From the NCBI GenBank assembly GCA_951406725.2, contig OX597832.1, positions 49,042,001 to 49,106,000 on the forward strand: a stretch of 64,000 nucleotides of DNA. The letters are read 5' to 3'. This document shows, one piece after another, positions 1 to 12,285 of this stretch (within the stretch, counting starts at the first letter, position 1; each line of letters starts with the position of its first letter). The DNA is from Octopus vulgaris. Taxonomy: Eukaryota. The translations under genes were made by a program, and so were the position numbers. The notes beneath the pieces were generated by a model that saw only the letters and a program-made list of their open reading frames with translations, did no database searches and was not told the origin of the DNA.

Positions 1-313
1 ACACTACACCACATTTGTAAATCGAGAGAGAAAGCACGACCCCTTGTATCTCAAAGGGCTTGTCAGATAAGAGACTGTTGTTTAGGCAACTGATCGAATT
101 GGTTCGACCCCTATTTTATAGAGAACAAACTCTCTCCCCAACATCATTCATACTTTTGTTTCGATCTTAATTACAAATACGTTTAATGCGGCGAGCTGAC
201 AGGATCTTTAGCATGCAGTGTAAAATGCTTAGCAGCATTTCATCCGTCTTTATTGCCCACTAGGGGCTAAACATAGAGGGAACAAACAAGGACAGACAAA
301 GGGGTGGAGGGAA

Positions 314-607
314 GGGTATCTTTTTTTCTTCACAAATGTAAATAAACCCAGTCTGTTTCTTAAACGAGGGACATATTCATACGGCACAGAATGTTTTTTT
401 TACCTCAATAGACGCCAGTGATTGGTTGAAATTGCAGAAATTGAAGAAAAAAAAACAACAAATATCTTACAAATTATAGAATTTTATCAATAAAGCCGAG
501 AGAAAAAGATGTTTTATAAACATATTCTACCAGAATACGAAGTTTAAAAGTGTTTAGTTACGTGTAAATTATTTTTAAAAAACTGCCGGTCAAACCGAAA
601 AGATCCT
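314..607. mobile_element. Possible MITE-like DNA element remnant
   Basis: Ends gggtatctttt ... aaaagatcc form a short imperfect inverted repeat. The segment starts just after a SINE fragment. No coding capacity. Confidence 0.3.
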
Positions 608-1395
608 GAGTTAGAGTATGCCTTTTGCATCTTTTCATTACTTAAGGAGCATTTTTAAATGGCGGACGCACACCTAGTTCTCATCTGGCGTTTAACTCCT
701 TTATATTGTTCTTTAAGATATTGGATTTTTACCATAAACTTACCGAGACATATTGGGTTGTCAGAGAAATTGATTCGTTTCCAATGTTATTAGAATTAAC
801 AAGAAAAACATTTTTATCATAGCGCTTGTTTTGTGAGCATTTTTCCTTTTCTTTTATTTAATTATTTATCTATTTATTTATTTATGTTTGTAATTCTATT
901 CGTCCTCTACGTCTTTTGTTCATCGTTTTTGAAATTTGAATAAATTTTTGCCTCTTTTCAGAAACACGACGATGGCGTGCCAAGTAGATAAAAGCAACAA
1001 TTACCTGACAACATATTTCCTTATTTTTTATTTATTGATTTTTATCTTTTTTATTCATTTATTTATCTTTTTATTATTTCAGTGTTGGTCATTAAAACTG
1101 GGTTTTAAAGAATTTTATACCATGAACTTTTCACATTTAAACGCTGACAGATACACTCAAGTGAAATGCTTCAAGAAATGACTCGAAGAAAATTGCAAGA
1201 AGTGGATGGTAGTTTTAATCTCTCTCTCAATTTACTACCACCATATGGCCATTAGGCTCCATTTGTTGAATACCCTATACTGCAAGGTTTCGGGACTAGA
1301 GTTTGCTCTCAGGTTAACTCCCACTATTCCTCCCACTAATCAGAAATCCTTAAAAGAGTCCTAGGCTTTGTTCTTCTCTCACTGACTAAGTGATG

Positions 1396-1650
1396 CAAAA
1401 TAAATAAATGCGCCCTTTTTCAAAGCCTAGCCAGGCCATGGGCCCGATTTCTATAACGTATGTGTTCCCCAGCTGGACGGGACGCCAGTCCATCGCAGCG
1501 TTACTCATTTTTGCCAGCTGAGTGGACTGGAGCAACGTGAAATGAAGTGCTTTGCTCAAGAACACAACGCGTCGCCTGGTCCAGGAATCGAAACCACAAT
1601 CTTACGATCATGGTGCTGACTGCCTAACCACTAAGCCACGCGCCTCCACG
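1396..1650 (-). mobile_element. tRNA-derived SINE with CORE-like and V-domain-like segments
   Basis: Minus strand reads ggaggcgcgtggcttagtggttagg (A box), tttcgattcc (B box), gttcttgagcaaagcacttcatttc, then gctgcgatggactggcgtcccgtccag. TSD actaagtgatg at 1385 and 1651. Confidence 0.85.
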
Positions 1651-2184
1651 ACTAAGTGATGTAAAGAACGATATATCAGCTATGGCCATCTCCTTTTTAT
1701 TTTCAGGTTTAATGTATCTTTGATGCATTAGTATCTAGAACTACATTAGCCTGGGAGTACATTTTAATACGCTAGGTATGATTTGCGAGTGATTTGGCTA
1801 TTCTTTCTAGCGCAAGATTCATCATTTGCTCTCTACTGCTACAACATTTATCTCAAGAATATTCACAAGTATTCACCAACTTGCTATGAAGGGTATCGGC
1901 AAGGACCAGAGAAAAATTAAAACGAAAGTTGAAGTTCTTAAGTTCCAAGTTGGCACTGATTGAGAAGATCAAAGGTCAAAAGCATTCCAACTTTGTCCTT
2001 CACGTCTATTTTTGTATGGAGGGTGGACTCTCTGCTACATTATCCTCTGGCTGCTATGTCTAGCAGGCCGGATGCCTACAACCGCGTTGTTTCAAATTTT
2101 GGAAATAGTGAGATGTGGATGTCGATAAATTATATTCCAAGATATAATTATTATCTATTTTATTATTCACTCTTCTTCTTATTT

Positions 2185-2408
2185 CTTTATTACCCACAAG
2201 GGGCTAAACATAGAGGGGACAAACAAGGACAGACAAAGAGATTAAGTCTATTATATTGACCCCAGTGCGTAACTGGTACTTAATTTATCGACCCCGAAAG
2301 GATAAAAGGCACAGTCGACCTCGGCGGAATTTGAACTCAGAACGTAGCGGCAGGCGAAATACAGCTAGGCATTTCGCCCGGCGTGCTAACGATTCTGCCA
2401 GTTCGCCG
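2185..2408 (-). mobile_element. SINE group B (Deu/Nin-like domain), monomer
   Basis: Shares gtcgacctcggcggaatttgaactcagaacg and the ggggctaaacatagagggg tail with about ten other copies in the window. Confidence 0.85.
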
Positions 2409-2602
2409 TTCTTCTTCTGCCAAGCGATTTCGGGCCAGTATGGCAGAGCAGTCTCATCAAACTAGTATGATCTCAAGTTAAAATCACGGCCTTCTCATCA
2501 GACCGCGGTTACCGCAGAGAGAACAGGCTGAAGCTTTCATCCTGCAGCAGACAGTTAAATAGGCAACCCAATCTAATTCAATATACTCTTTATCCACGTC
2601 AG

Positions 2603-2990
2603 TGGAGGCGCAATGACCCAGTGGTTAGGGTAGCGGACTCGCGGTCGTAGGATCGCGGTTTCGATTCCCTGACCGGGCGTTGTGAGTGTTTATTGAGCGA
2701 AAACACCTAAAAGTTCCATGAGGCTCCGGCTGGGGATGGTGGTGATCCCTGCTGTACTCTTTCACCACAACTTTCTCTCACTCTTACTTCCTGTTTCTGT
2801 TGTACCTGTATTTCAAAGGGCCGGCGGCCTTGTCACTCTCTGTGTCACGCTGAATATCCCCGAGAACTACGTTAAGGGTACACGTGTCTGTGGAGTGCTC
2901 AGCCACTTAGACGTTAATTTCACGAGCAGGCTGTTCCGTTGATCGGATCAACCGGAACCCTCATCGTCGTAAACGACGGAGTGCTTCCAT
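2603..2990 (+). mobile_element. SINE group A (tRNA-Arg-like head), tail type a
   Basis: A box tgacccagtgg, B box ggtttcgattcc, anticodon-like arm gactcgcggtc. 12-bp TSD ttatccacgtca at 2590 and 2993. Near-identical to 6595-6980 and 40577-40959. Confidence 0.9.
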
Positions 2991-3509
2991 CATTATCCAC
3001 GTCATCGTCTTCTCCTCCAGAAGAAGGAACATTATTATTAAAGCCGAATGAATGGTGCTTATTTTACAGAGCTTAGAGAATGATGTAGGAGAAAATGGGA
3101 GGAACCGAAGACTGCATATAGTTGAGAAGTTTTCTACCAACTCTTATCATCACCCGTGCCTCTGTTTCTAAACATAATAACGGATAAGACAGAGAAGTGT
3201 AATGAGGTTTGAAATTGAAAAGAATGTAAAAACGGCAATGAGAATATATGTAAAATAAATAAAGACCAAATTAAAACAAGAAAATAAAACATATATATAA
3301 GTACGTACATGCCAAGAGAAAGAGGCGGTGGTGGAAGGAGTGGCTGTAGAAGTGAAAGAAGTGGGGGAATGGTTAGTACGAGACTGGTGAAATGCCAAAC
3401 CAACCACTACGCATGCGGGGACCACCTAAGTACATTTGGTTTACATAACAGGAGAATCTGTGTAGCATGCGTATATAACTCCAAATAAACAAGAACATAA
3501 CAGTGATGA

Positions 3510-3533
3510 CAGATATATATAATATAATATTAT

Positions 3534-3579
<46 letters not shown>

Positions 3580-3630
3580 CATACATACATATGATGCTGA
3601 GTTCGCATGGTATCTCTTATCCCTCCACTT

Positions 3631-3670
<40 letters not shown>

Positions 3671-3941
3671 CATGTGTGTATGTATATGTGTGTACGTGTA
3701 TAATTGTATGAACTCCATACGTGTATATATATATATATATATAACACATGTGTGTATGTATATGTGTGTACGTGTATAATTGTACGAACTCCATACGCGT
3801 ATATACATATATATATATACCAACAGGTTGCGTGCGTGTACGTATGTATTTATATATGTATATATGGATGACTGCATGTAGATACATCAGTATATATGTG
3901 TACGCATGAGCGTGTGTGCGTGCGTGCGCTTGCGGCCGTGC

Positions 3942-4013
<72 letters not shown>

Positions 4014-4015
4014 AT
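3510..4015. repeat. Compound (TA)n/(TG)n microsatellite with an internal ~75-bp tandem duplication
   Basis: aacacatgtgtgtatgtatatgtgtgtacgtgtataattgta occurs at ~3667 and ~3743; (TG)n run at 3945-4011. Confidence 0.9.
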
Positions 4016-4379
4016 GCATTCGCCTGTTGGAGAAATAGTAGAGATGTTGTTCTCTTCAACAAGATGTTTGTTTGGACAGTTTTGGCGTCTGTACGCATTT
4101 ATTAATGAAGATATCAAACATACAATATTTCGGGTTATATACGATAAAGAAACGGAGCTTGCTACGGTGGTGATATGGTGAGATGGTTTCAGGCATCTCT
4201 TTAACTATGTTGCCAATGTAAATCACAAAATACAAGGCATTTACTATTGCATTCTGGGACACAATACTGACTGTTGAAGTTATCTTTTGTTTCAATTTGT
4301 TTAATTTTAAATGGCGTCGATTGGTCTACGTTTTATGTGGCGTTGAAGAAATCAATGTTTATCTTTTTAGGTTTTTGTT

Positions 4380-4908
4380 GGTTTTTTTTACTTGTTTCAG
4401 TCACTGGACTGCGGCTATGCTGGCTCACTGCCATAAAGAGTTTAAGCGAACAAATTGGCCCCAGTACGTGTTTTTTTTTTTTTGTTTAAAGTTTGGCATT
4501 TGTTCTATCGAACACCTTTTGCCAAACCGCTAGATTACTGTAACAAACTAACACAGGCGGTCACAGGGTGACAGAAAGTAAAGTGAAACACAATGACACA
4601 TATACAGACATGCAGACACATACACATATATATATACGATGGGCTTCCACGCAGTTTCCGTCAATCGAATTTACTCACAAAACATTGTTCGGTGCGGTAC
4701 TATAGTAGAAGACGCTTGCCCGATGTGCCGCGAAGTGGGATTGAACCCGATAGAAGATAGATGCAAAGTGAGCTTCTAAACTATATAAATTGAAAATCTT
4801 TAATGAGTTACTCAGTCGAACCTGAACGCCACCGATGTTACAGGGACTTAAACACACCAGCATCGGTTGTCAAGCGATGTTGGGCGGGGGACAAATACAG
4901 AAACACAA

Positions 4909-4979
<71 letters not shown>

Positions 4980-5140
4980 TATACGACGGGCTTCTTTCAG
5001 TTTCCGTCTACCAAATCCACTCACAAGGCTTTGGTCGCGCCGAGGCTTTAGTAGAAGGCACTAGCCCAAGGTGCCACGCAGTGGGACTGAACCCGAAACC
5101 ATATAGTTGGTAAGCAAGCTACTCACCACACAGCCACTCC
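4380..5140 (-). mobile_element. Two adjacent SINE group C copies (CORE-like, bipartite around an internal microsatellite)
   Basis: Head ggagtggctgtgtggtgagtagcttgc...accttgggc...aagaagcccgtcgtatat, then (TA)(TG)n and the tail. An older degraded copy lies at 4380-4760. Confidence 0.8.
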
Positions 5141-5571
5141 ATGTAGCCAATCATGTTTTGTTACAATGAACCTAGAGCCATAATTCTGGTTATAAGTTAA
5201 ACTTCTCTATTTTCATTGTCCTTATTAATTCTGTATATTGATTGAAATTAGAGGATGTGACTCTACGTTAAATCTACATCACTGGCATAAATACCACTGA
5301 AAAAATATGCAAAATTTTAATTATTAACGTGCAAAAAATGCTTATTTCTCATACTAAATATTGCGATAGGGTATACTCTACTGAAATATTCTAGCTATCA
5401 TTACGTTCTTAAGTTAATTAAATAAATTAATTAGATTTACCAAATACATGAGACTACTGTAAATGTCTATCGACTTGTCTCCATGTTTTTAGTATGCATA
5501 ATTAATGAGACGGCTGAAATCTGTAGGCATACCACCAAAGTAGCCTAGAACTTTAATCTGTTTCTTATTTC

Positions 5572-5910
5572 TTATTTCTTTATTGCCCACAAGGGGCTAA
5601 AAATAGATGGGACTAACAAGGAGAGAAAAGGTAAATAAGTCGATTATATCGAACCCAGTGGGAAACTGGTACTTAATTTATCGACCCCGGAATTTGAACT
5701 CAGAACGTAAAGACAGACGAAATACCTATTTCTTTACTACCCACAAGGGGCTAAACACAGAGAGGACAAATAAGGACAGACAAACGGATTAAGTCGATTA
5801 TATCGACCCCAGTGCGTAATTGGTACTTAATTTATCGAGCCCAAAAGGATGAAAGGCAAAGTTTCCTCGACGGAATTTGAACTCAGAACGTAGCGGCAGA
5901 CGAAATACCT
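5572..5910 (-). mobile_element. SINE group B, tandem dimer
   Basis: Two units joined at gaaatacctatttctttactaccc. Confidence 0.85.
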
Positions 5911-6034
5911 AGCGATAGAGGAGCACTGGAGTCTGTCTCTCGTTCACGACGTGTGGCAACCATACATCCAGTTTTGGACCTTATCCATCGAGTGAAGATA
6001 ATGGATGATGATCTCACGAGAGTATCTCATGAGT

Positions 6035-6450
6035 TAGGCCATTTCAACTGAATTTGGTCGGCCGGAACGTGTAGAGTCTATGAGATCGAATTTCTTTTCT
6101 TTGATACGTGAACACCGTTCCTGTTCAGTTCTCTCAGTGACAGAACCTTCTCTGTACACAACACAAATGTTTCGAGCGGCTTTGGCAGATATGGAATTTT
6201 GACTGAAAGCGAAGGATATTAGGCGTCGAAAATGGTTTTTCCTACTCGGCACTCCAAGATCATATTTCTGTAAAGAGGTTAAATTTACTCAAAATTTCAA
6301 AACGATACAAAAAAAGTTATAAAGGAGTAACATAGTTACAAATAAAAAAAATAACACGTATAACACAACGATAAAATGCCTCTTTTATTTTTTTGCGTTA
6401 ATTCAAATAACATGGAAAAGAAACGAACGGATTTATTTGAAAACAATATA
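6035..6450 (-). mobile_element. Mariner transposase 5' remnant (N-terminal HTH) with degraded TIR
   Basis: Translation KNHFRRLISFAFSQNSISAKAARNICVVYREGSVTERT...FDLIDSTRSGRP matches the mariner HTH/GRP motif. TIR-like aaacgaacggatttatttgaaaacaatata at ~6421-6450. Confidence 0.75.
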
Positions 6451-6594
6451 ATCTCATTTCTATGTATAAATATAATTTAATCCTTCATTCTACGTGTGTA
6501 TTAATAGTTTTGATAAATTACCGCCAGATTATTCCACAAACAGCTGAATTATTCTAAAAGAAATTATTCCCTCTCTTTCCCGTCTGTATATATG

Positions 6595-7159
6595 GAAGCA
6601 CTCCGTCGGTTACGACGATGAGGGTTCCGGTTGATCCGAATCAACGGAACAGCCTGCTCGTGAAGTTAACGTGTAAGTGGCTGAGCACTCCACAGACACG
6701 TGTACCCTTAACGTAGTTCTCGGGGATATTCAGCGTGACACAGAGAGTGACAAGGCCGGCCCCTTGAAATACAGGTACAACAGAAACAGGAAGTAAGAGT
6801 GAGAGAAAGTTGTGGTGAAAGAGTACAGCAGGGATCACCACCAATACCCTGCCGGAGCCTCGTGGAGCTTTTTTAGGTGTTTTCGCTCAATAAACACTCA
6901 CAACGCCCGGTCTGGGAAACGAAACTGCGATCCTATGACCGCGAGTCCGCTACCCTAACCACTGGGTCATTGCGCCTCCACTGACGTGGATAAAGAGTAT
7001 ATTGAATTAGATTGGGTTGCCTATTTGACTGTCTGCTGCAGGATGGAGCTTTAGGTGTTTTCGCTCAATAAACACTCACAACGCCCGGTCTGGGAAACGA
7101 AACTGCGATCCTATGACCGCGAGTCCGCTGCCCTAACCACTGGGCCATTGCGCCTCCAC
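6595..7159 (-). mobile_element. SINE group A with duplicated head and captured foreign flank
   Basis: TSD ccgtctgtat on both sides. Contains two heads separated by ~65 bp copied from 2538-2602. Confidence 0.9.
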
Positions 7160-7559
7160 ATTCCGTCTGTATGTGTGTGCACAAACCGCTCAACTCGCCA
7201 AACCACTGCAAGACAATAAATCCTGGTTGTGAACTCGTTTCATATACAAAACAGGAGTGCACTGTATCACACTGATGCACCGTTGGTATTTATAAACCTA
7301 ACTGCCATTCAGACAGTGCGCATCATTCCCAAACAATTCTCGAATTGTCTGAAAGCTTTTCCGTGTTTTATCGATGAACCATTTTTCATTCACATCGATC
7401 TGTGTACATTTCGTCAGAATTTCCTCCTCCATTCACACTCGATGCAGATTCTCCTCATAAATGGAGTTATTTCCGTCAAACTACTTCTCTCGGTGATTTA
7501 TAACTATCCACTTGTGATGTCAGTTATATAAACTCATACGATTGTGGAAGTGCTGCTTG

Positions 7560-8545
7560 TATACACGCGTGTGTGTATGTGTGTGTGTGTGTGTATGTGC
7601 ACACGTGTATTTGTGTGTGTATATGTATGTGTGTGTGCTTGTGTGTATTTGCTTGTGTGTGCGTTTGAGTGTACGTGCACATGTATGTATGTGTGAGTCT
7701 ATGTGCATACTTGTATATGTGTGTGTATATGTGTGCGTGTGTATATATATGTGTGCTATAAGTGTGTGTATGTTTGAGTGCATGTGCACATGTGTGTATT
7801 TGTGTGTCTATATGCACACTTGTATGTCTTTGTGTATAGGTATGTGAGTTTGTGTGAGTGTGTGTATGTTTGAGTGTTCGGGAACATGTGTCTATGAGCC
7901 CACTTGTATATGTGTGTGTATATGCATGTGTGTTATGTGTATGCTTGAGTGTACGTCCACATGTGTGTATGTGTGTGTCAATGTGCACGCTTGTATATGT
8001 GTATGTATAAGTATGCGTGTTTGTGTGTATGTTTGAGCATACGTGCGCATGTGTGTATGTGTGTGTCTAAGTGCACGCTTGTATATGTGTGTTCATATGA
8101 ATGTGAGTGTGTGTGAGCGTGTGTATGTTTGAGTGTACGTGCACATGTGTCTATAAGCACGCTTGTATATGTGTGAGTATATGTATGTGTGTTAGGTGTG
8201 TGTACGTCCACATGTGTATGTGCGTGTCTATGTCCACACTTGTATATGTGTGTATATGTATGCGTGTTTGCGTGTATGTTTGAGCGTACGAGCGTATGTG
8301 TGTATGTGTGTGTCTATGTGCACACTTGTATGTGTTTGTGTATATGTATGTGAGTGTGTGTATGTTTGAGTGTACGTGCGCATGTGTCTATGAGCACACT
8401 TGTATATGTGTGTGTATGAGCGTGTGTATGTTTGAGTGTACGTGCACATTTGTCTATCAGCACACTTGTATGTGTGCGTATGTGTATGTGTGTGCGCATG
8501 TGTGTATGTTCGAGTGTATGTGCACCTGGTATGTATGTGTGTGGG
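7560..8545. repeat. Cryptic minisatellite built on degenerate (TG)n
   Basis: Anchor tgtttgagtgtacgtgcacatgtg recurs about 10 times at irregular ~65-150 bp spacing. Confidence 0.8.
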
Positions 8546-8796
8546 GGAGGTGGATAGCATGGAGCAATCCTGAATAATATTTATACAAACTATTCCAGCG
8601 TGTCTTTGGGTATTTTGTATAAAATCAAACGAGACTGAATATTGTCTGCATCAGAAAATTATAAAAGTGAAATTACAATTGATGTAGAATTGTTGCTGTT
8701 ATTGTAGTTATTGCAACCTATGTATCTAATAGAGCATAACCTATAGTCAATTTTTTTTATTTTTTTACCTTTTGATTGTTATTTTTTACCTTTGTA

Positions 8797-9175
8797 TTGA
8801 CCAGAAGAGAATTAATGCATTCGAGCTTTGGTGTTGGCGAAGACTTTTACGGATTCCATGGATAGCGAGGCTCACCAATGGAGAAGTTCTTAACCAGATC
8901 AGGCTGAAACTGTCGCTAGAAGCTAGGATCACCAAGCATAGATTGACATATTCTGGTCATATTATGCGGAGAAAATCCCTGGAGAAGGACATCATGCTCG
9001 GAATGGTCAGTGGCAAGAGAGGAAGAGGCCGACCAAGAATCCGCTGGCTTGACACCATCAAGATTGACACGGGATTGGACATAGCCAATCTGAAAGAAGC
9101 GACCCAGGATAGAACTGGCTGGAGGACACTGCTGGTGCTCCAGCATGGACACTGCTCTGAGCTGAAACTAGAAAT
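8797..9175 (+). mobile_element. RTE-clade (BovB-like) LINE 3' ORF fragment ending in a CR1/SINE-C type tail
   Basis: KRINAFELWCWRRLLRIPW...TYSGHIMRRKSLEKDIMLGMVSGKRGRGRPRIRWLD...QDRTGWR is the typical RTE C-terminus. Confidence 0.9.
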
Positions 9176-9228
9176 ATATACACATATATAAACATATATA
9201 TATAAGATATACATATATGTAATGTATT

Positions 9229-9266
<38 letters not shown>

Positions 9267-9269
9267 ACT

Positions 9270-9621
9270 AATGTAGGATAAAATTGTTTTCGATAAAAAA
9301 ATTTTATCAATGGCCAGCATATCAAAAATACCTTTAACGGTTAAATTTATAAATAATTTACAAAATAAGGGCAAAAGAAAAATTCTAATGCCAAATATGC
9401 CGAAAAAAAGAAAATTGTCAATAACCATTATAATTTATGCGTCTCGAAACAAACCGATAGAAATTTCTAAAAAAATGCGTTATTACCGTATTGGTACCAA
9501 TTTCGGGGTTAATTCATAAGAATTTCCCCCTCTTCAGTGATAAATACGGTTTGTTTAGAGACGCATGAATTATAATGGTTATTGACAATTTTGTCTTTTT
9601 TTCGGCATATTTGGCATTAGA

Positions 9622-9622
<1 letters not shown>
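9270..9622 (-). mobile_element. Penelope-like pLTR fragment with inverted duplication, flanked by (TA)n
   Basis: Reverse-complement homologue of 33965-34290. Arms ~9384-9467 and ~9547-9622 are inverted repeats with a hammerhead motif between them. Confidence 0.7.
9483..9543 (-). ncRNA. Type I hammerhead ribozyme motif (family C)
   Basis: ttatca-CTGAAGA-gggg..cccc-GAA-attggtaccaat-A-cggtaa. Stem I has one mismatch at the closing pair; predicted site AUA. Confidence 0.7.
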
Positions 9623-9659
<37 letters not shown>

Positions 9660-9684
9660 TCACATGCATATATATATTTATATC

Positions 9685-9751
<67 letters not shown>

Positions 9752-10274
9752 TATATGCATATGATACAAATATATGTATAACATGTATGCAAGCATCTAT
9801 ATATATGTGTTTGTGCATTTGTATGTTTGTGTGTGCGTGCGTGATAGAGAGACAGGGAGGGTTATGGAATATGCTATGCTACAACGAATTCCGAAGTGTC
9901 TACGGGGATACGATTCCAGTTTAAACCACTGCATATACATGTCTAAGACCCATAGGGAATTTATTACTCGACAGCATTTTTGCCTACCATATTAATGTAG
10001 CTTCTCTGAAAACTATATGAAGATACAACACATAGAATACTTGCCAAATATATCTAAAGAATTCCCAAGTAAAATCACAAATTTCATTAGAAAGACGCGA
10101 AAGACAATTTCTCTTCGTTATCAAAAATTATCATGAAAGGGAAAAGAACGTGACCGTGTGATGTTATTGACTTGTGACAGCGGAAAGTTACCAGCGACAT
10201 CGGCAAACATGAAATTATAAATGGATTTATAGAAGAAAAGAAAAAAAAAACTAGGAGAATGATCATAAGGTTTA

Positions 10275-10534
10275 ATGAATAAAGAGGAAGAAGATGATGG
10301 AGAAGATGATGATGATGAAGAGGAAAAGAAGAAGAAGAAGAAGAAGAAGAAGGAGGAGGAGGAGGAGGAGGAGGAGAAAAAGAAGAAGGAGGGGGAGGGG
10401 GAGGAGGAGAAGCGGAGGAGGAGAAAAAGGAGGAGGAGGAGGAGGAGGAGGAAAAGAAGAGGAAGAAAAAGAAGAAGAAGAAGAAGAAGGAGAAGGAGAA
10501 GAAGAAGAAGATGATGGTGATGATGATGATAATG

Positions 10535-10566
<32 letters not shown>

Positions 10567-10674
10567 GAAGTAGAAAAGTAGTAGTAATAGGAGGAGGAGA
10601 GAATGGAAGAAGAAAATGATGAAGAAAAAACATGAAGATGAAGAAGAAAGGAGGAGAGGAAGAAGAAGAGTAGC

Positions 10675-10721
<47 letters not shown>

Positions 10722-10722
10722 A
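10275..10722. repeat. Compound trinucleotide microsatellite (GAA/GGA/GAT/CAT/TAG)
   Basis: Direct inspection. Confidence 0.95.
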
Positions 10723-10987
10723 TAATTATTTCTTGTCGATCACTACTAACACTAAGGAAAATTTCTACATTTAAACAAGTTGATGCAACAGTTTTTATAT
10801 TATTCACTGATATGAACATATAAAATTGTCAACATTGAAACTTTTAAGCATGTTTTTCTAATTCATAATTCTAAATTTTTATCATTAATAAAAAATATTG
10901 TTGAAACTAATTTGGTATATAGGTAAATAAATTTATTGCAAACAACTACAAGTTTTTCAAATTTAGGTGCATTTTCAACAACAAATT

Positions 10988-11073
<86 letters not shown>

Positions 11074-11287
11074 TATATGCATGTATGTATGTATATACTG
11101 TTTGAGGTACCCGGTAATACTCGGGAGCGTGAATATTCCCAGTACCCATTACACTGCCTAATTTCTCTATAGTAAGTGGGACTGAATCCGGAACCATGTG
11201 GTTGGTAAGCAAGCTACCTACCACACAGCCACTCCTGAAATACAAGGAGACCAGCGAACTTACCCTCAGTACCATCTAGAAATTATG

Positions 11288-11322
11288 GACATCGATGTTT
11301 CGCTAGTCTTGTGGCTTATAAC
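11288..11322 (-). ncRNA. Degenerate hammerhead remnant (family H)
   Basis: ttataa-gcc..agc-GAAACATCGATGTC-cat. Homologous to 23431-23462; core damaged. Confidence 0.35.
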
Positions 11323-11342
11323 TTTCGGCGCAATTGTGGTTG

Positions 11343-11424
<82 letters not shown>

Positions 11425-11934
11425 TGTATGTATGTATGTATGTATATATATATATATATATATATACGATATCAATCTATAGATACTATATCTACAAATA
11501 TAAATATAGATATATTTAGAAATGCGTATGTGTGTGTGTATTTCTTCAGAGCTTTAGGAAGGACAATTTGCCTCTTTTCAAAAGGAAGCGTATGTAAAAT
11601 TCCTCCGTTGTGTGTCGTTGTGGGCATACAACATAGCAAAATGCCACACACACATACACACACGCACGTACACATACATACACTCCTGCGTATACACACA
11701 CACACACATGTACGCTTACACACTCATGCACACTCACATACATACACATTCGCAGACAGCCGCGCGTGTAATGCAGACATGTACGCATTACTTAATAGAG
11801 AGTATGGTTGCAAAAAAAAAGAACAACGAAAGTCAAGTTAAATGCTATACACTACAAAAAAGTTCACAAAGTGGAATATATTAGCTTGTGGTGAAGAAGG
11901 GGTGGAAATTGAAGGAAGAGGATGAGAAACGGGG

Positions 11935-12285
11935 AAATGGGGAGGAGGAGGAGGAGACGAAGGAGGTGGAGGAGGAGGAGAAGGAGGTGGAGGAGGAGGA
12001 GGAGGAGGAGGAGGAGGAATTGGTGGTGGTGGTGGTGGTGGTGGTAGTGGTGGAGGAGGAGGAGGAGGAGGAGGAGGAGGAGGAGGCGGAGACGAAGGAG
12101 GAGGAGAAGGAGACGAAGGAGGAGGAGGAGGAGACGAAGGAGGTGGAGGAGGAGGCGGAAGTGGAGGAGGAATTTGTGGTAGTGGTGGTGGTGGTGGTGG
12201 TGGTGGTGGTGATGGTGGTGGTGGAGGAGGAGGAAGAGGAGGAGGCGGCGGCGGCGGTGGAGGAGGAGGAGGAGGAGGAGGTGGA
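11935..12285. repeat. G-rich (GGA)n/(GGT)n compound repeat with internal duplications
   Basis: gagacgaaggag blocks and gaat(t)tg(g)tggt junctions recur. Confidence 0.95.

Noticed and set aside
936-1181. ORF containing MACQVDKSNN, similar to a mariner start
   Set aside because: Similarity is limited to about 10 codons; the rest is AT-rich low complexity.
2603-2675. tRNA-Arg gene (also at 37873, 61534 and others)
   Set aside because: The acceptor stem does not close, and the sequence is the head of multi-copy SINEs, several with TSDs.
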